The notes below the pieces were generated by a model. That model was not told where the DNA came from. It made no database searches and saw only the letters and a program-made list of their open reading frames with translations. A stretch of 64,000 nucleotides of DNA from positions 19,778,001-19,842,000 of the forward strand of contig JBHGNT010000015.1 of the NCBI GenBank assembly GCA_043228905.1, given 5' to 3'. The position numbers and the translations under genes were made by a program. How positions within the stretch are numbered: position 1 is the first letter of the stretch; the number at the start of each line of letters is the position of its first letter. Source of the stretch: Azolla caroliniana. Taxonomy: Eukaryota; Plantae; Polypodiophyta. Of the stretch, positions 9,915-25,143 are shown piece after piece.

Positions 9915-12900
9915 TCATGTTATGAGTTCACTTATCGGGCTCCTATCCATCACATCTGCAGCTGAAGTAGCTGTCTTACACAGCATCGGATCAGCATTTG
10001 GTATTGATGGCACCTAAGCAAAAAATAAACTCTTATCCAATTTGTTTGCTTGATAAATTGTGTAGTAGATTTCAAACAAAAAAACTGAGGTATCAACTAA
10101 CAAGGCCTAAACTCCTGGAATGTTCCAGAGTGTTTTATTTACTTCACCAAATGCTCCGAAGTTTTTTTTTAAATTTCTGCATATCCCAGGACTTTTTATT
10201 CGCCCTAGCTCAACCCTCAAAAGACAGGAAAAAGGGGATGAATCAACCATATAATTGCCCAAGTAGGTCATACAATTGAGAAAAAGGGGAGTTGCATTTA
10301 TCATATTACTGCTCATAGAGCGCATATAATAGCTCTATCAGGGTAGTGTTTTGAAGATAACAAACACTCGGGGCATTCTGGGAATAATAAACACTAAAGC
10401 ACATTTGGGGAAATAAAAAAAAAGGTATTTCAGAATTTTTTCCAAAAATAACAAATCTTACTACAAGAATAGATCATAATGAAAAACATTACTTGTGCAA
10501 GGAGGTCAATTGTGCGTCGCAACAGTCGCGCAAGATCACCTTCATCCATATTGCAGCCCATCATCAACTCTTTCCATGTTACACCAGAAGCCCAAGCCTC
10601 TACCAAACCTACCAATTGATCTTCCAACTCACAAGGTATCTGCAAGGCATTGCATATCACATTAAGATTTTGCTCTTTTGCTTTGATTGAATCGTCACAC
10701 TTGGAAGGAGAAAATAAAATCCACATGAGATACGCACCGTAACTTTATGTTTATTTTGCACATCATATAGCCACTTCCTTCTCTCCCTCAGTGAATCAAT
10801 CACCTTTTCAACATCAGCAGAAGGTCGGTATATATCACTGTATCATTAAAATTGTTATTACATGCTTTATATATTGATTAAGGAAGGTGATATTTATTTC
10901 AGAGAAACTGTCAAATACCACCAACTTTTTCTTTATTTCCCCAAATGCCCCTAAGCTGCTATTAGTTACAAAAATGACCCTGCTCAACCACTGAAAGAGA
11001 GACGGGGATGAATTTACAATATAAGTGAGATAAACAGGATGATTCGACTGAATCATACTTGTTGATCAATGAAGGGATTCCAGGAAATAACGAAAGCTTA
11101 AGAGGCATTTGGGGAAACAAAGAAAAACTTGGGGAAATTTGGAAGTCTTTCCCTACTTATTTTGTCAAATGATACCTCATTCCTATTTGAGGACGAATCT
11201 TGACACCCTCAGAAACGAAACTTGAGCATACAGATGCAAGTTGAGCAGGATTAAGTTTATTCAAATAAGATTCTGAGAAAGCCACAGCCAACCATAGTTC
11301 ATTCACTCCCCTCACAGAAGCAGCAGCTTTACCAAGTGGCAACATCTCATGGGTCTGAGGCATAATTGCTTCTACTTCCTCAAGAACCTTAACAACCTGA
11401 AGAATATACCAGAGACGCAAGATATAACCAAAGACGCAAGGCTTAGAATCATAAAATATTAGAAAAGTGAAGATATCAGATCAATAAATATGTTTTGATT
11501 TGAATGTACAACTACAAAGTGGGGAACTGTTGATCTTGTGTAAAATTGATAACATTGTTATAAGGGAAAAAGTGTATACAAGTATATAGTGTAGACAATG
11601 TAGACATCATCTTTAAGAGAAGATGAATATTGGTTAAAGAGGAGCTTTAGGTGTTAATAATGAAATTTGTGCTAGGGCATGGAAAACAGCAGAAACAATA
11701 ATAATGAAATACGGTACCTGGAGAAACTCTTGCCATCCACTTGGCTGCATTTCATTAATTCTGGCAGCTAATTTTGACCTCTTCACCTTTAGTTGAGCTA
11801 TCTTTGCATCGCGTAATTTTGTTTGCCCTACCATATGCCAATACTCTTTGCTTGCCCTTGTTGCCTTCATCTCCTTCTTGATCCGAACTACTTTCCTACG
11901 TTGTTCCCTATGAGCTTGTACTGCAGTAACTACCTCTTCAGGCATCTAGATACCACCAACAAAGAAAAGAGGAAATGAGAAACATTTGAATCATTAAGGA
12001 GGTAATTTACAATGAAAATGATAGTCATTAGTTTGCAGGGAAACATATATATTACCAGTGAGTTTTCAGTTCCACTCTCAGTAGGGACATTCATACTCCA
12101 AGACCATGTGTCCAAGGATCCATTCAATGACCATACATGAGTTATATAGCCTTTCCCAGACTTCCCCACCATCTCCCATCGTTCCGTTTGGTTTGGAAGT
12201 TTGTGTGTTAGGATATCTCTGACACTCTCTTTGAAAGCATCACTTATCACAGATTGGAAAATGTTGTGCACAGCTGTGGCACTGAATGCATACCAGAAAT
12301 TATCTGATCCAAGTCCGAGAAAAAAAAGAAGCTTCTCGTGTGCTTGTATCCCATCAACACTTGCAATTGCAGGTACCGCTGAGGATGAATCAAATACATT
12401 ATTTACATCTTCATGTAATTCAGTATCCACCTGGGATCAAATGAATTAAGGAATAATCACTCATCCATCAATTGAAATGTATGGTGAAACTCTATGTGGA
12501 TATAGAATTGCAACTAGATGACACAATTCATGTATCTTTCAGTTAGGAAAAAACAAAATTCTGGATACAACAGTAAGTGTGGATTATATCTTGTAGTAAT
12601 TAGTCTTCTACGTTCAACATTTATCCTGGAAATTATTTGTCTGCTCCCTCTCATGGCTAAATAGAAAAGATTTAGAAAAGAGAATACCGATGCCTCTTGG
12701 ATCAAGAAGGATGGATCTGTAAGCAGGCCAAAGCACATAACAGGTACTAGTGTCTCATTTCCAGTATGGGCATCAATGTATGATATACTGAGAGGCAGAT
12801 ACTCTTGTTTTCCAATAGCCTCCTGAAGAATTGGCTGAAGTAATGATAACTTCTTCTGCTCAGATTGTTTTTGCAGTACTTTCATGAGATCCTTCTCTAC

Positions 12901-15900
12901 CTAGAGATAGATAAAGCACAGTATTTTATTTAACCTGCCACATATAGCATATCAGTAATCTTTTAAGACGGACAAGGAGAAACCTTCATCTTTTCTTTTA
13001 ACGCCATGTATTCTTTTATTTCTTCCTCTGATACCACACTTCTAACATCTGCAATCTCAACATTTTGCAACTGCGCAATTCTGTCATCAAGCCTTTCGAT
13101 TTCCTGCATTGCCTCCACTTTTACTTCACTACCCACATAATTCCCAAAACTTTGTTCAATCAAAGCACGGGCCTCTTCTAATGTTCTCCCTTTCCTCAAC
13201 ACTTTACCATCAGGTGATTTCATGCTCTGTCAGATAAAACAGAATATTCATAAAAAATATAAGTGTGAATCACTCTGCTATATTTCATTTACATAAAACA
13301 CATCAATAAGAAAGAAAGTGACATGAACCTGACTAGGAAAATTTCTCTATCACTTGGAAAGTGCTGAGTTACATAGTCTGAGACAGATTGTACATATTTT
13401 ACATAAATATTGAAATGAATTTTATGGAAAATAATCAATAGCACTTCTTAAAATTTTCAAGTTTCTGAGATGGTTGATATGGAATAAATAATGCAAATGA
13501 AACTGATCTGAATAGGTTTGCATGATTATCCAAGAGAAAAAGGAAGAAGAAATATATGTTAATAAGAACATAATTTCTATACCTCAAATTTACTCAAATG
13601 ATAAATGGAGTCATGAACACACCCGCCCAAATGAGATGGATATCCATGCGGTCATACAGCTTCACTATCACATGTACTGTGCAAGAAATGACGTTCATAA
13701 TAGGTCACGTTTAAGATTGATGGTGTTCTACTTAGCCTAACAACGTCCAAAGGATGGACATATCACTTACAGGTTTATATATTAGTCGCTAATTGTTCTG
13801 GTTCCAGAAAAAGTTTATCACTTATCACTTTTCATTAGTTGTGCCTCATATATAAGGTAGGGCAAGTTATTTCTGTAGAGGACAATAAAATATAGCACTC
13901 ATTGGAATCTCCTGAATAGAACTCTTAGTAAATAATAAAGATCCCAATTTAAGGGATAGTGTTTATTTGTTGGATAATATTTTGGGAATTTCCCAAAATG
14001 TGATCAATCAAACTAACAGGAAATTGCAACTGAATAAATGTTTATTTTTTCATTAGAACTCCATGAAGGTCTATCACAATTATATCATCCATTACACACA
14101 ATTTTAGTAATATATATTACAAATAGAACATTAAGTCATCTTAGAAACTGAGAGTACACATAATTATACATATATCTTCTTACAGCCAACTTATAGCTCA
14201 TATACGTTTTTGCCAGTAACAAGAAGATCTTATTGATGAAAGTGGTCCAAAAAAGGTAAACAAACTACCAAAACATATCAAATGCCAAAATTGTGCTACC
14301 TAACCAAGGGAAATGGGTACAAAAATAAAAAATTATTAATCTTACCAACACTCAACGTCTTTGAGTAATAAGGTAATATGATGCAATGCCCTCTATTAAT
14401 TGCACGAAAATGCTAAGAGAAAGAAAGGATCATCTAAAATTGTCAAGGCTTCTAATTCATTTATTGAAACTCAAAGGAAAGTACATACCGACAAAAGATT
14501 AAGAACCATGCCATATGATGCTGTGAACTGAGAAATAAGAGGATCTGGACCAGCAAAGAGCAATTTGCATGCTTCTTCTGCTCCTTCAAATGGTGTTTGA
14601 ACTAATACAACATTACCACGCTCATCTAATCCCCTCCGTCCTGCTCTACCAGCCATTTGAAGCATTGAATTTGAGCTGAGAAGTGTATGACCCGTATCAC
14701 CTCTTTTGCTTAGTGATGAGAGAACAGTTGTTCGAGCTGGCATATTGATACCTGCAGCCAATGTCTCTGTTGCAAAAACAACTTTAACCAATCCTTTCTG
14801 GAAAAGCTCCTCAATGAATGCTTTCCATAGAGGTAGGCAACCAGCATGATGAGAAGCAAACCCACGTAGCAGTGATGATACCGATGAATCTCTTACAGCA
14901 TCAGGATGCTCTTTTCTAAAAGATGTCAAGGCTTCAGAAACCTGTTGCTGTTCATCCTCTGATAATAATTGGATATCTTGCACGTAGTGAGTGGCTGTAT
15001 CACAACCTTTACGGCTGAAAATAAACCAAATGGCTGGCAGCATTCTTTTATATTTCAGTTGCTTCAATGTTTCTTCCACTCGAGGAACCTTCATAACATC
15101 ACATCAAATACACGATTTGATCAATGTAAGACGATTAAACTACTTGAACTTGACAAACTGTTGCTGTAAATCCGTGTGTTATAAAGTTTTGCCCCATTTT
15201 CCATGGTATGTATTGTACATATGCTTATAAGACTAGGCTTTCAAATTTAGTATTGTGTGTGTGACCAAGTGTGTGTGCAATGGGAATAAAGAAAAAAAAG
15301 AACAAAAATGATACTTACATCCATAAAAAGTAATGCATGCACAGGATTTACAATCTAATTTGGGGCACACGCACTTGTAAACATAACTTGCGAAGGTTAA
15401 GGAAACATTATGATTTTGAACAGTTTGATTGAGAGTACTGAAAACCTGTTTCTTGGTATTCTTTCGCTACCTTAACCAACAAACAAGCACAACATTACAG
15501 AGTACCAACAGGCTGAGAATGTTTAACACATTCAAAAAAACTGTGCCCTGACATATAGACCTGAAGATGTGAATGAAAGAAACCCACAAGTAGAGCTAAA
15601 AATAACTATAAACTTAACACAACATGATCAGTCTGTGCACTTTGCCAGTTCCTTCAAACCACTTTCACAGACATCCTATTACTAGTCTCCTACAGCGGCT
15701 CATAGAACTATTCCTGGTAAGTTCTCCAAGTTAATGACATAATGAAATGTGAAAATCCACAAATTGTTGGGCTTTGAATGTCATATCATATTAAAAAGGA
15801 TCTGAAAGCATTACACAAGGATCTACATACCAACATATGAGAAGGATAATTGACTGAGACAAAACAAATAACAAACTGAAGTGTGCGAGGTTTTCTAACC

Positions 15901-18900
15901 TGCCTACGCCGTAGGAATTGTATTTCATCATCAGATAAGGTAGCAGGTTTCACAATCTCTCCTTTCTTACGCTGGCGAGTTTTATTTTCCCTACTCTTTT
16001 GTCCTTTGCCACTCTTTGGATCTGTAAAGTTATTAACATCTGGGTTATATACATTGGCACTTCTTCCACCACTTTCATCAGGTAGATACCTGGCCAATGA
16101 CAATCTCCTACAAAAACAAAATCAGCATGCCCTTAGACCATCACTTGCATGACATTCTTCACCAGATATATCAGTTCATTTAAGGTTTATGTTAAGTTCT
16201 GACTGGTCATAAGTTGGCATCAGCTGAAGAATTTGATCCATAACTTTTGTTCTACTTAATTATGTGTATATTATAATCGGAAGATGTATAAAAATAAAAT
16301 AAATACATTATTTCAAGACCCATCCTAGTTAAAGGCAGAAATTAACTAGAACAGATTTAACAGCATCCAGATCCTACTGCAAGTACCAATCAAAGATACT
16401 GAATTTATGGTCGAAGTAAGTCATATCCTATGGAAATGAGTATGGATGCTATTTTAAGGCTCTAACACTTCCATGCAGCCTTTCTGTTTCGCATTCTTAA
16501 GAGGTAAATCTGATGCAGTACCATATATGTGCATTCGACATGCAAGGGATGGTTGGATGTGTGGGAGGGGAGTCAATCAAGAAGAATTAGGACTTCACCT
16601 ATTCATCTCTGTGGCGTCTTCATTCAGCAAAGGTGACAATGAATAGCGAGTAGAGAAATGCCAAGTCAAAGGCACAGGTCTTCGTCTTGAAGTAACTAAT
16701 TCAGTAGGACCATGCACCTATAAAGAACAACTAGAGATAGAGAAATTAAGTCAATCCCGATAAGCTTTGATGCATCTCAAAAAGTTGCATGCTTTTAGAT
16801 AATGTTCATACTGAAATTAACCTGGCCAATCCAACCAGCAAGCTCTTCGGCATTTGCAACTGTTGCAGAAAGACAAATAAGCTGGACATCCTTCGGGCAA
16901 TAGATGACCTGCAGAGAAGCATGCATTTGATTATAAACGCAGATAAAAAGGGGGTCCCATCATGAAATTGAAGCTTCCGCAAGCATACAGTTTCCTCCCA
17001 AACAGTGCCCCGTGAAATGTCGCTAAGGTAATGAACTTCATCGAGCACAATTGCAGAGACATTGTGCAATTGATCTCCTTCTTTAGGTGTCCCTATGCTG
17101 CAATTAAAAAACAACAATCTCAATGATAGTTAGTATAATTCTTAAGGATATTGGAAACAAAGGCCACTAAACAGTAATAAATTATTTTCTAAGATCATGT
17201 GTGACGCTTAAATGCTAAGTTGAATGGATATACAAATATCACTTTGTTAGCATAAAGAAACATGCATTATTTGAGACAAAAAGCAACTCACAGACATTTG
17301 ATAAAGCATATTGCGCAAAATTTCTGTGGTCATAATCAGAATTGGGGCATCTCTATTTAATGCTGCATCGCCGGTAAGGATACCAACATTTTCTTCTCCA
17401 AAAATGTCCCTGAAATGTTTATACAGTAAACCTATGGAGACCCACTAAATAAATTCTCATGATAGCTTATTGAACAAAAAGATACCTGAATTCACGGAAT
17501 TTTTGATTTGACAGTGCCTTTAGAGGTGTAGTATAAAACACCCTTTTCTGCATTGCAAAAGATGCTGCTGCAGCACATTCGGCAATCAGAGTTTTCCCAC
17601 TACTGGTAGGAGCACATACAACTACAGAGGAACCCTTCAAAAACCCTTCTACAGCCAATCTCTGCAGGTTGCATGTAATCAAATTAGAGTCATATAAACA
17701 TTCGGGATTAAGTTCAAGATGCACATCTGGAAAAATCACAATATGGGAATCTCATTCTAAATACTGCCAATTCTCGAAGGGCAAGTGTACCATCGCTGAG
17801 ATGGCTTCCTTAAAAGAACCTTATAGTTCATTCCAATGCATGATCCCTTGGAAAAGTAAGTACAACTCAAGTTTCATGATAAAAAAATGGAGACCAATTT
17901 ACAATCTCTATTGTGTGTCAACGTTTGTTTCGATCTTTCAAAGTAGGTCATATGATTTTTTACTCTTCTTAGTAGAAATACTCAACTGCCAATGAAAACA
18001 AAATTCTCAGCATGTAACAGTATTTGGAAAGAAAAGGAACAGACTGCTGCCTATAGTTCAAGTTCTCTTTGCTTGATCTTGGGGGAATAGCAATAGGAAA
18101 ACAGAACATTAATTATTTGCAATTAGCACTACCAGTCATTCATGCTGTTTACCATTCCATATAAAAGAAGTTCCCTGATGATGTTATTTTCTAGAACAAG
18201 TCCCTGAAATATATCAATGAGGAAGTCATAAAGCACAGGAAGGTCACCACAATTCAACTAGTTCTCACTCACGTTTTATACAGCTGCTATGGGTTTCACA
18301 GACTGGTATGTTCTAGTAGAAGTACCTTACAAAGAACTGTATGCCATCGACTTTAAACAAAAAAAATCACCTGAAATTTGTCGATGCGAAAGTCATAAAG
18401 TGCAGAAAGATCCCGAGAAGTTATGCGATATTCCAAATCCTCTCTTTTTCTGCGAGACAGTTCCTGTACTTTTTGCCGCATTTCTGCTTTTCGATCAAGG
18501 ACAAAGTCATCAATGCTGACAGGTTCTTCTCCATCTCCTTCTTCTTCCTCTTCTATTTCATCCTCTTCCTCGGATTCTTCCAAATTGAGAAAATCTTCAA
18601 GCATGACATCATCGGCAATTTCGTCACTTTCATCATCATCGCTGGCATCTTCGTCCTCCTCGTCATAGTGTTCCTGATATAATAAGAAATTATGGGAAAA
18701 TACCGAAACAATTAAGAAATTCAGCAAAAGCTTTATATATTTCAACAAGATTTTGTTCTCCCTTTTAGCGTAATCTGACCTGCATTTTGGCCTGATTTTT
18801 GGCTCCCATTTCATGCATGATATGATAGGAGATTATTAAGAAAATACCACAATGTTTGTTTTTAAATAGCCAAATGTCTAAGAACATCATCGTATTTTAT

Positions 18901-20211
18901 TTGAAGACCAGAAATTCAAACAATGATCTTTGCATGAAACACTCTGAATTCTTTACAGTTTTGCGGGAAATTAGCATTTGTTCACTTACTCAATGTTTTA
19001 ACCAGAAATCCCAAAATTGAGACTATTGCCCAGGAAACATTTATCCGCAAGAATATAATACGTAATTTATACAATGCATAGTTCTATCTCATTCTGCTAT
19101 AAACATTTTCAACCAGATATGAAATTTTTTATCTTGCATGAAATAGTACTAAAAACCAACATGAATTAAAGGAATTGAGCAAAAGTTCAAATATCCAATC
19201 TGCATAAAATGTGTTTTTTCAGCTTCCTTTTCATGCATGAAATAATGGGAAACTATAACACGCCGATTTAGAACTTATGCAAATTTAGGAGTGAATCTAG
19301 ATGTTTCTACCTGATTTTGTTCCTTTATAAAAATAATCCAGATAATTTAATTTTCGATTTTCATTTTAATATGATTGAGAAATTCTAAAGATACTGAGGA
19401 AAAAATAAAACAATACATGAATTTAGAAGCGAATTTACATATTTCGACTTGATTTCATTCTTGAAAATATTTTCAATAGGGATTTTGGGATGTATTGGAA
19501 AATTTACAAATAATAGAAAGTATAAAATACAACAAATTCACAAGAATTCAGCGGAGAATGCAGATGCTTCTGCCTGATTTCGTTGCTCTATAAAAAATTT
19601 CTAGCAGAAAGTTAGCAATTTCAATCTTCACCAAGTGCATTGTAAGCTTTTTATTGAATTATCAAAAACCATGACAAAATTACCGCAATTATGTGGCAAT
19701 TCTGCAGAGAATTTGCATACTTCTACCTGATTTTGTTCTCTTTGTAAGCATTTTCAAGCTGTCATTTTATGAGCAGACACCGCATATTTATGGATACTGA
19801 GCCGCAAATTTACAACTTTCTAGGGGCATTATATTCTCGTCGTAAGAAACAAACAATAATAATAATTCTCTATCTGTATTTTGGCACTGAATGAGATTGC
19901 ACCTTTTTTCCTAATACTGCCTGATCCGAGCCTGATAACGAAGCTTTGTCATTTGTAGATAATGTGCTAGAGCTGGAAAACAATGTGCTCTGCGCAAGAA
20001 AGGCGTTCCTTCCTTTGTCTTCTTCTGCTGCTTCTCTAGATGCGATTAAGTGAGCAAAGAGACGAGGGGAGCTGGAGAGCAAGAAGAGTCGATGGTTTCT
20101 GCAGGGGGGGAAGAAGGCCAGCGGCGGCGGATACTTCTGGTAATAGGAATAAGAAGAAGGAGAGAAAGGAGGAGAAGGAGAAGTGAAGGAAGAAGTGCAG
20201 AGCGACGCCAT
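9915..20211 (-). CDS. ISE2: Chloroplast DExH-box RNA helicase ISE2/DExH15 (Ski2-like), 17 coding exons
   Basis: Ser/Pro-rich transit peptide, acidic tract, [36 protein letters not shown] and DSHCT end ([19 protein letters not shown]...[11 protein letters not shown]). GT-AG exons approx 20211-19903, 18673-18371, 17661-17486, 17409-17296, 17097-16989, 16908-16822, 16717-16599, 16107-15900, 15088-14489, 13226-12984, 12900-12688, 12430-12056, 11945-11718, 11396-11176, 10837-10738, 10639-10493, 10013-9915. Confidence 0.93.
10100..10425. mobile_element. Degenerate inverted-repeat MITE in an ISE2 intron
   Basis: ggaatgttccagagtgtttt / aaacactcggggcattc and ccaaatg / catttggggaaa inverted motifs, related to 10920-11150. 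Confidence 0.45.
10920..11150. mobile_element. Degenerate inverted-repeat MITE in an ISE2 intron
   Basis: tttttctttatttccccaaatgcccctaagct pairs with agcttaagaggcatttggggaaacaaagaaaaa. Confidence 0.55.
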
Positions 20212-20290
20212 CGCCGAGCAGGAGGCGGCGAGAGCGTCTTCCTGCTGCTCCCTAAGTTTTAATCTGTGCACAGGCAGGAATCGAACTCTG

Positions 20291-20330
<40 letters not shown>

Positions 20331-20410
20331 TCTTTCAAAAGATGAGAGGAGGATAAACATTCATCCTCTGTCAAAAAGGATAAGAAAATAATACATACAT
20401 ACATACCATT

Positions 20411-21409
20411 CATAGAACGTAATATTCGTGTTCGTGCAAGAATTCAAACGTTTGAAAACGTTTGAAAACGAGCACGTTTGAAAAGGGAAAAGTATATGCT
20501 CCTTTTCTTATTTTCTTTTTTCTATATATATAAATATTATAAATTTATCTCGCCTTAGTGGTGACAAGACGTGTTGTTATTGTCTTATGTGTTGGGTTCA
20601 ATTCCCAATTTCCACATCTTTCCTTACTTAGTACCATGTCATATCAAAATTTTATGTTAGTGTTATTTTAGATTTTTCTTTTTGTTTACTAATTTTGTTG
20701 TTGCAAATGGTAAGTTGCCATGCTACTAATGTTTGTTTTTTGTGTTCAATTCCCAACTTTCTCATATCCTCTTGTTAGTGTCATGGCAAAATTTTATGTT
20801 AGTGTCATGTCCCTTTTTTTTCTTTTACTTTCATTTTTTGTTATTAGAAATTAGCTCATCTTAATGGCAAGTTCTTATGCTACTATTGCCTATGTCATGT
20901 TTTCTTCATATTCTCGAATATACGTTTTATGAGTTTTTTATCGTTTCTTCTTTTCTTCTTTTTCGATCTTTCTTTGTTATTAGAAATTAACTCACCCTCG
21001 TAGTAAGTTGTTATGCTACTATTGCCTATGTCATGTTTGCTTCATATTCTTGAATGTACGTGTTATGAGTTTTTGAATGTTTGATTATAATTTATAATGT
21101 CATATTTGATTCAATCTCTTTAGTTCATACTCCTTTTTTTGTAAAGTTCTAAAGTGAGGATCAAGACAAGACATCCCAAAGGTATGCATGTGATACAATG
21201 CAAATATTGCAACCATACTTATGTTGGTGGTTCACAATGGATTAGAGTCCACTTATTGGAATTGAGAGTGAATCAATATATAATATAGACCCTGGTCAAT
21301 CCAATCAAACTTGTCAACCCAATCCAACTTTGAGATGATTTACCATACACGTATGATTGAATCATTCTCGAATGTGAATGCACGTATGATACGTATGGTT
21401 CATTCTATG
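20411..21409 (+). mobile_element. Internally deleted hAT element with BED zinc-finger remnant
   Basis: TIR CATAGAA/TTCTATG and subterminal motifs shared with the 8688 MITE. ~21190-21265 translates as VIQCKYCNHTYVGGSQWIRVHLL (BED finger of hAT transposases). Confidence 0.7.
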
Positions 21410-21595
21410 CATGATACATTACATACATACATACATGATACATTCATTAAAATACATACATACATACATACATGATATATTCATTAAAATACATTCATTC
21501 ATTCATTCATTCATTCATTCATTCATTCATTCATTCATTCATTATAATACATACATACATTAACATACATACATGGATGGTCATGACTAAACGGC

Positions 21596-21872
21596 CATAG
21601 TACGAAGCATATGTGCCATTCGCATTCGTGAACATTCTTACCACTCGAGTATGAAAAAACACCCTCGAAGTATGGTAAATACCACACTCTTTGCACTCAT
21701 TATTTATTATAAGGTAACTTCTTCTTCTTTTTTAGGGTAAGAAAGTTAAGGTAAGTTAAGGTAAAAAGTGTTAAAAAGAAAAACACAAGAATGTTTTAAT
21801 AACATATGCATTCGTTTGCAAACGTATGAAAACGAATGTTTGGGCTAACGAATGTGAATAGTACATACTATG
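21596..21872. mobile_element. hAT-type MITE (same family as 8688 and 54064)
   Basis: CATAGTA...TACTATG ends and shared internal blocks. No clear TSD. Confidence 0.7.
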
Positions 21873-23688
21873 ACCGAACCCATTAACCAGATCTTAAATA
21901 GTAGCTCTTGCATCTCTCCTGAAGCATAAAACACTTCATTTGCTAGTGTGGAGAGTTCTATGATCGGGTCTTGGAGTATTCCCCAACTTCTTATGTGTCC
22001 AAATTAATTGACTCCTTTTGTCGCAACCTTGCACACAAGCTCCATGTGAAGCTCGATCGCCGCGTGCTGTGAGCGACTCATCGAATGCAGAGCGTTGATC
22101 ACGATCTCCATCTATGTTATGGTTTCTAATCTTGCCACCTTTGAGGTTTATTTCTCATTCCTTTGCTTAGTTTATCTTGGGATTTGTTCAACATTACCTT
22201 TCTTGCTTCCATTGTGTCTCATGCAATGGTGGTGAGTTTTGGCTTGCTTGAGCAATTCCTTGCTTTTTCGTTTTTCTTTGGTCTAGTAGCCATTCCTTAT
22301 CTTGTTGATCCAAGGTTATTAAAGTAAACTAATATGCACTACCACAATATGTGTGCCCTAATGCAACAACACTACAAGAATACCTACAAAATGGATAATC
22401 AATTTGGGTTGACATGTTGAAACTAGATAAACAATAAGACCACAAACACAACGAAGATACAACTCGCTACAAGATAGAGAGACAATGATTAAGACAACTA
22501 TTGAGGGTGGCAACAAAACTAGAAAGTGTTTTATCTCCAAGCCATAGATTACCTCCTTATATAATTAAGGTTGGATGGTTCACACACAAGTTGGGGCAGC
22601 TAAATTTCAGGCTTAGTGCATCCAGTTTACAACTATCTCTCACCAATAGCCAACACATAGAACTTGGGAGTTAACTATGTTCATCAATGTACACTTTTAG
22701 GAACCATCAATATACAATGTATTTAGGAAACTACCTACATATACTTATACATAGATCCTACAAACAATTTATGAAGGAAACCATCTCCCAAATTACATGC
22801 ATGTCATGTCATTAGATCCATTATCTTTATCAATCCATAATTGTGGTGGAAGCAGGTTGCAAAAACACTCTTTCTAAGTGCATTTGCAAGTTTTCAAATG
22901 TTTGCACTTTTAGCAATTTGATGTTTTTCTTTTCAACACAATCTTGAATAAAGTGATGAGACACTTCCATAACATACCTTGATTTCTAATTTAGTATTTA
23001 TTCATTAGCAAATTTGGGTTCTCAATAGACTTTGCTCAAACTCATGTAGGCTAACAATGGGGTACTAAGGGGCTTGTCTCCATCCAAATGGAATATACCC
23101 GAGCACCTTAGTGATATATTCACATTCACATACATGAATCCTCTTATTCTTTCTCTCTCAAGCTATCTATGCATTGCATATATGCTTCACCCCTTCTAGA
23201 CCTTGCAAGTCAAACTTCTAGCTCATTTTTCTCTAAAGAACCTAATTATCCACCTTAAGCTCCCTGGTTGTAGCATGTCTTCTACAAATTAGAGGTTGAC
23301 GATTAGATTAGCCATGTAACATCAGTAGGTGTATAGGCAAGAATACGTGTTATTATGATGCAATTGTTCTAGCTTCATTAATGAGTCAAACATCATGTAC
23401 CGGTGCCTGCTTCAATTCACTTTGGTTTTTTCGACACAAGCTCGTTCATCGACTCTCATTGTGGTCACCCAAGTAGTATTGATATCATTGTTGCTACCTC
23501 AATTAATGACAACTCATACTCAACTTAGTTGGAGTTAAAGAATAAGATTTAGCACAACAAGCATCATAACTTTTGTAGGTAGAAAAAAAATGTAATAATA
23601 GAATTTGGTATAACCCTCTAAATTCAATCCATGGGATGACTACATGACATGCATGCAAAGCTTCAATTAATTACATAAATCAATCTTT

Positions 23689-24872
23689 TGTTAGGAATTT
23701 GTCCCTCCTATAGGAGAAATCAACAGTCGAAGTCAAGGAAGAAGTCGGTAGTCGAATTGACCATCCAAACACAGGATGGTCAGTCGGATCGACCAGCGAG
23801 TCGTTTGGGTCATCGACTGGGTTTTTGAAGGAGATAGAGAGTCGACTATGATAGTCAACCCCAAATCGAAGACAAGGTCGACAAGTTGAGTTGATTAATT
23901 ATTATATATATTATATATAATAATAATAATAACTACATTTGTAAATAGGCCATACTGTGTATGAGTATAAATACACTTAGGGCAACCATTATGATGAAGA
24001 GGTGAATAATGCTTTTGTAGTGGCGTACAGAAGTGAGTGTAGAAGAGAGTAGGAAGAGACACGAGTGCGCGAGAGAGAGGCGGAGTTTAGAGGAACTTAC
24101 CTAAACCCTAAGTGGGTATACTCTGAGATAACAGAGTTCTTGTAATCTGTTTTCCCTTCCTGTACATCTACTGTATATTGCAGATCTATTGCTCGTGGTT
24201 TTCCCCTGTTTAGGATTTCCACGTAAAACCCGTGTACTGTTTATCTTTGTCGATTTGTTGTTTTTCTATTTTCCGCATTGTGCATTTTCAGTCTATCTTT
24301 CTCATAGATGTACGGTCCATCCTCAACAAACTGGTATCAAAGCGAGAGGTGCAAGAATGGAGGAGATGTGAGCGACTTTCTAGGTATGATAGTTTGAACT
24401 CACACAACTACTCTAACTGGAAGATCAAGATGGAGGATCTTCTAATATTCAAAGATCTGTACGAACCCATAGACAGAAGTGAAAAACCTACATGGGTATT
24501 GTAGTCTGAGTGGAAACTCCTAAACATGAAGGTGGTGGCCTCCATCAAACAACGTGTGGACGTGAGTGTTCTACAACATGTGGCTAACGACACAAACGCC
24601 TACGAAATGTGGCACAAACTATCAGGGTTATACCAGAGGAAGAATGCCCTCAACAAAACCTCTCAGATGAGAAGGATCGTGAGACTGAAGTACAGAGATG
24701 GAGAAAGCATTGTGGTACACATTAACACCTTCATGGGGTTGGTGAATCAACTTGCAGCAACAAAGTTTCCATTAGATGATGTTATGCAGGTCTTGTTACT
24801 GCTATGTACCCTGCGGAACAGCTGGGAGAACCTGGTGGTGTCTCTTAGTACCTCGTGCCAAGAAGAAAACTC
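23689..24872 (+). mobile_element. Truncated Ty1/Copia element: 5' LTR (23689-24328), PBS and gag fragment
   Basis: TG..CA LTR, PBS TGGTATCAAAGC at 24332, gag motifs LNSHNYSNWKIKMEDLL and VLLLLCTLRNSWENLVVSL with stops. Absent from the paralogous flank of FMO copy 3. Confidence 0.88.
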
Positions 24873-25143
24873 TCAATATCAATACATACGATAAAGGCTA
24901 GAAGAGAAACAAATATTCATTTCTACTACAAACCTTACATACAAAGTTGTTTCCAATGACTGATTTTTAAACTAATAACTAAGTTGAATATAGTTACTCT
25001 CTCATTAGAGACAAAGGGTATAAATTTAAGCATATTATCCTAAATTTTCATCGATGTATAGTCAATAGATTGGTTTTATTTGGGTATAATTTAATAATCC
25101 TTACAATGTCCAACTTAATGCAACATTGCCAAATGCTTGTTAG

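Noticed and set aside
18700-19860. Degenerate repeats (tctacctgattttgttc) in ISE2 intron 1
   Set aside because: Old intronic tandem decay with no evident structure or function.
22415-22938. Possible solo LTR (TGTTGAAA...TTTCAACA)
   Set aside because: No matching TSD, PBS or second copy in the window.
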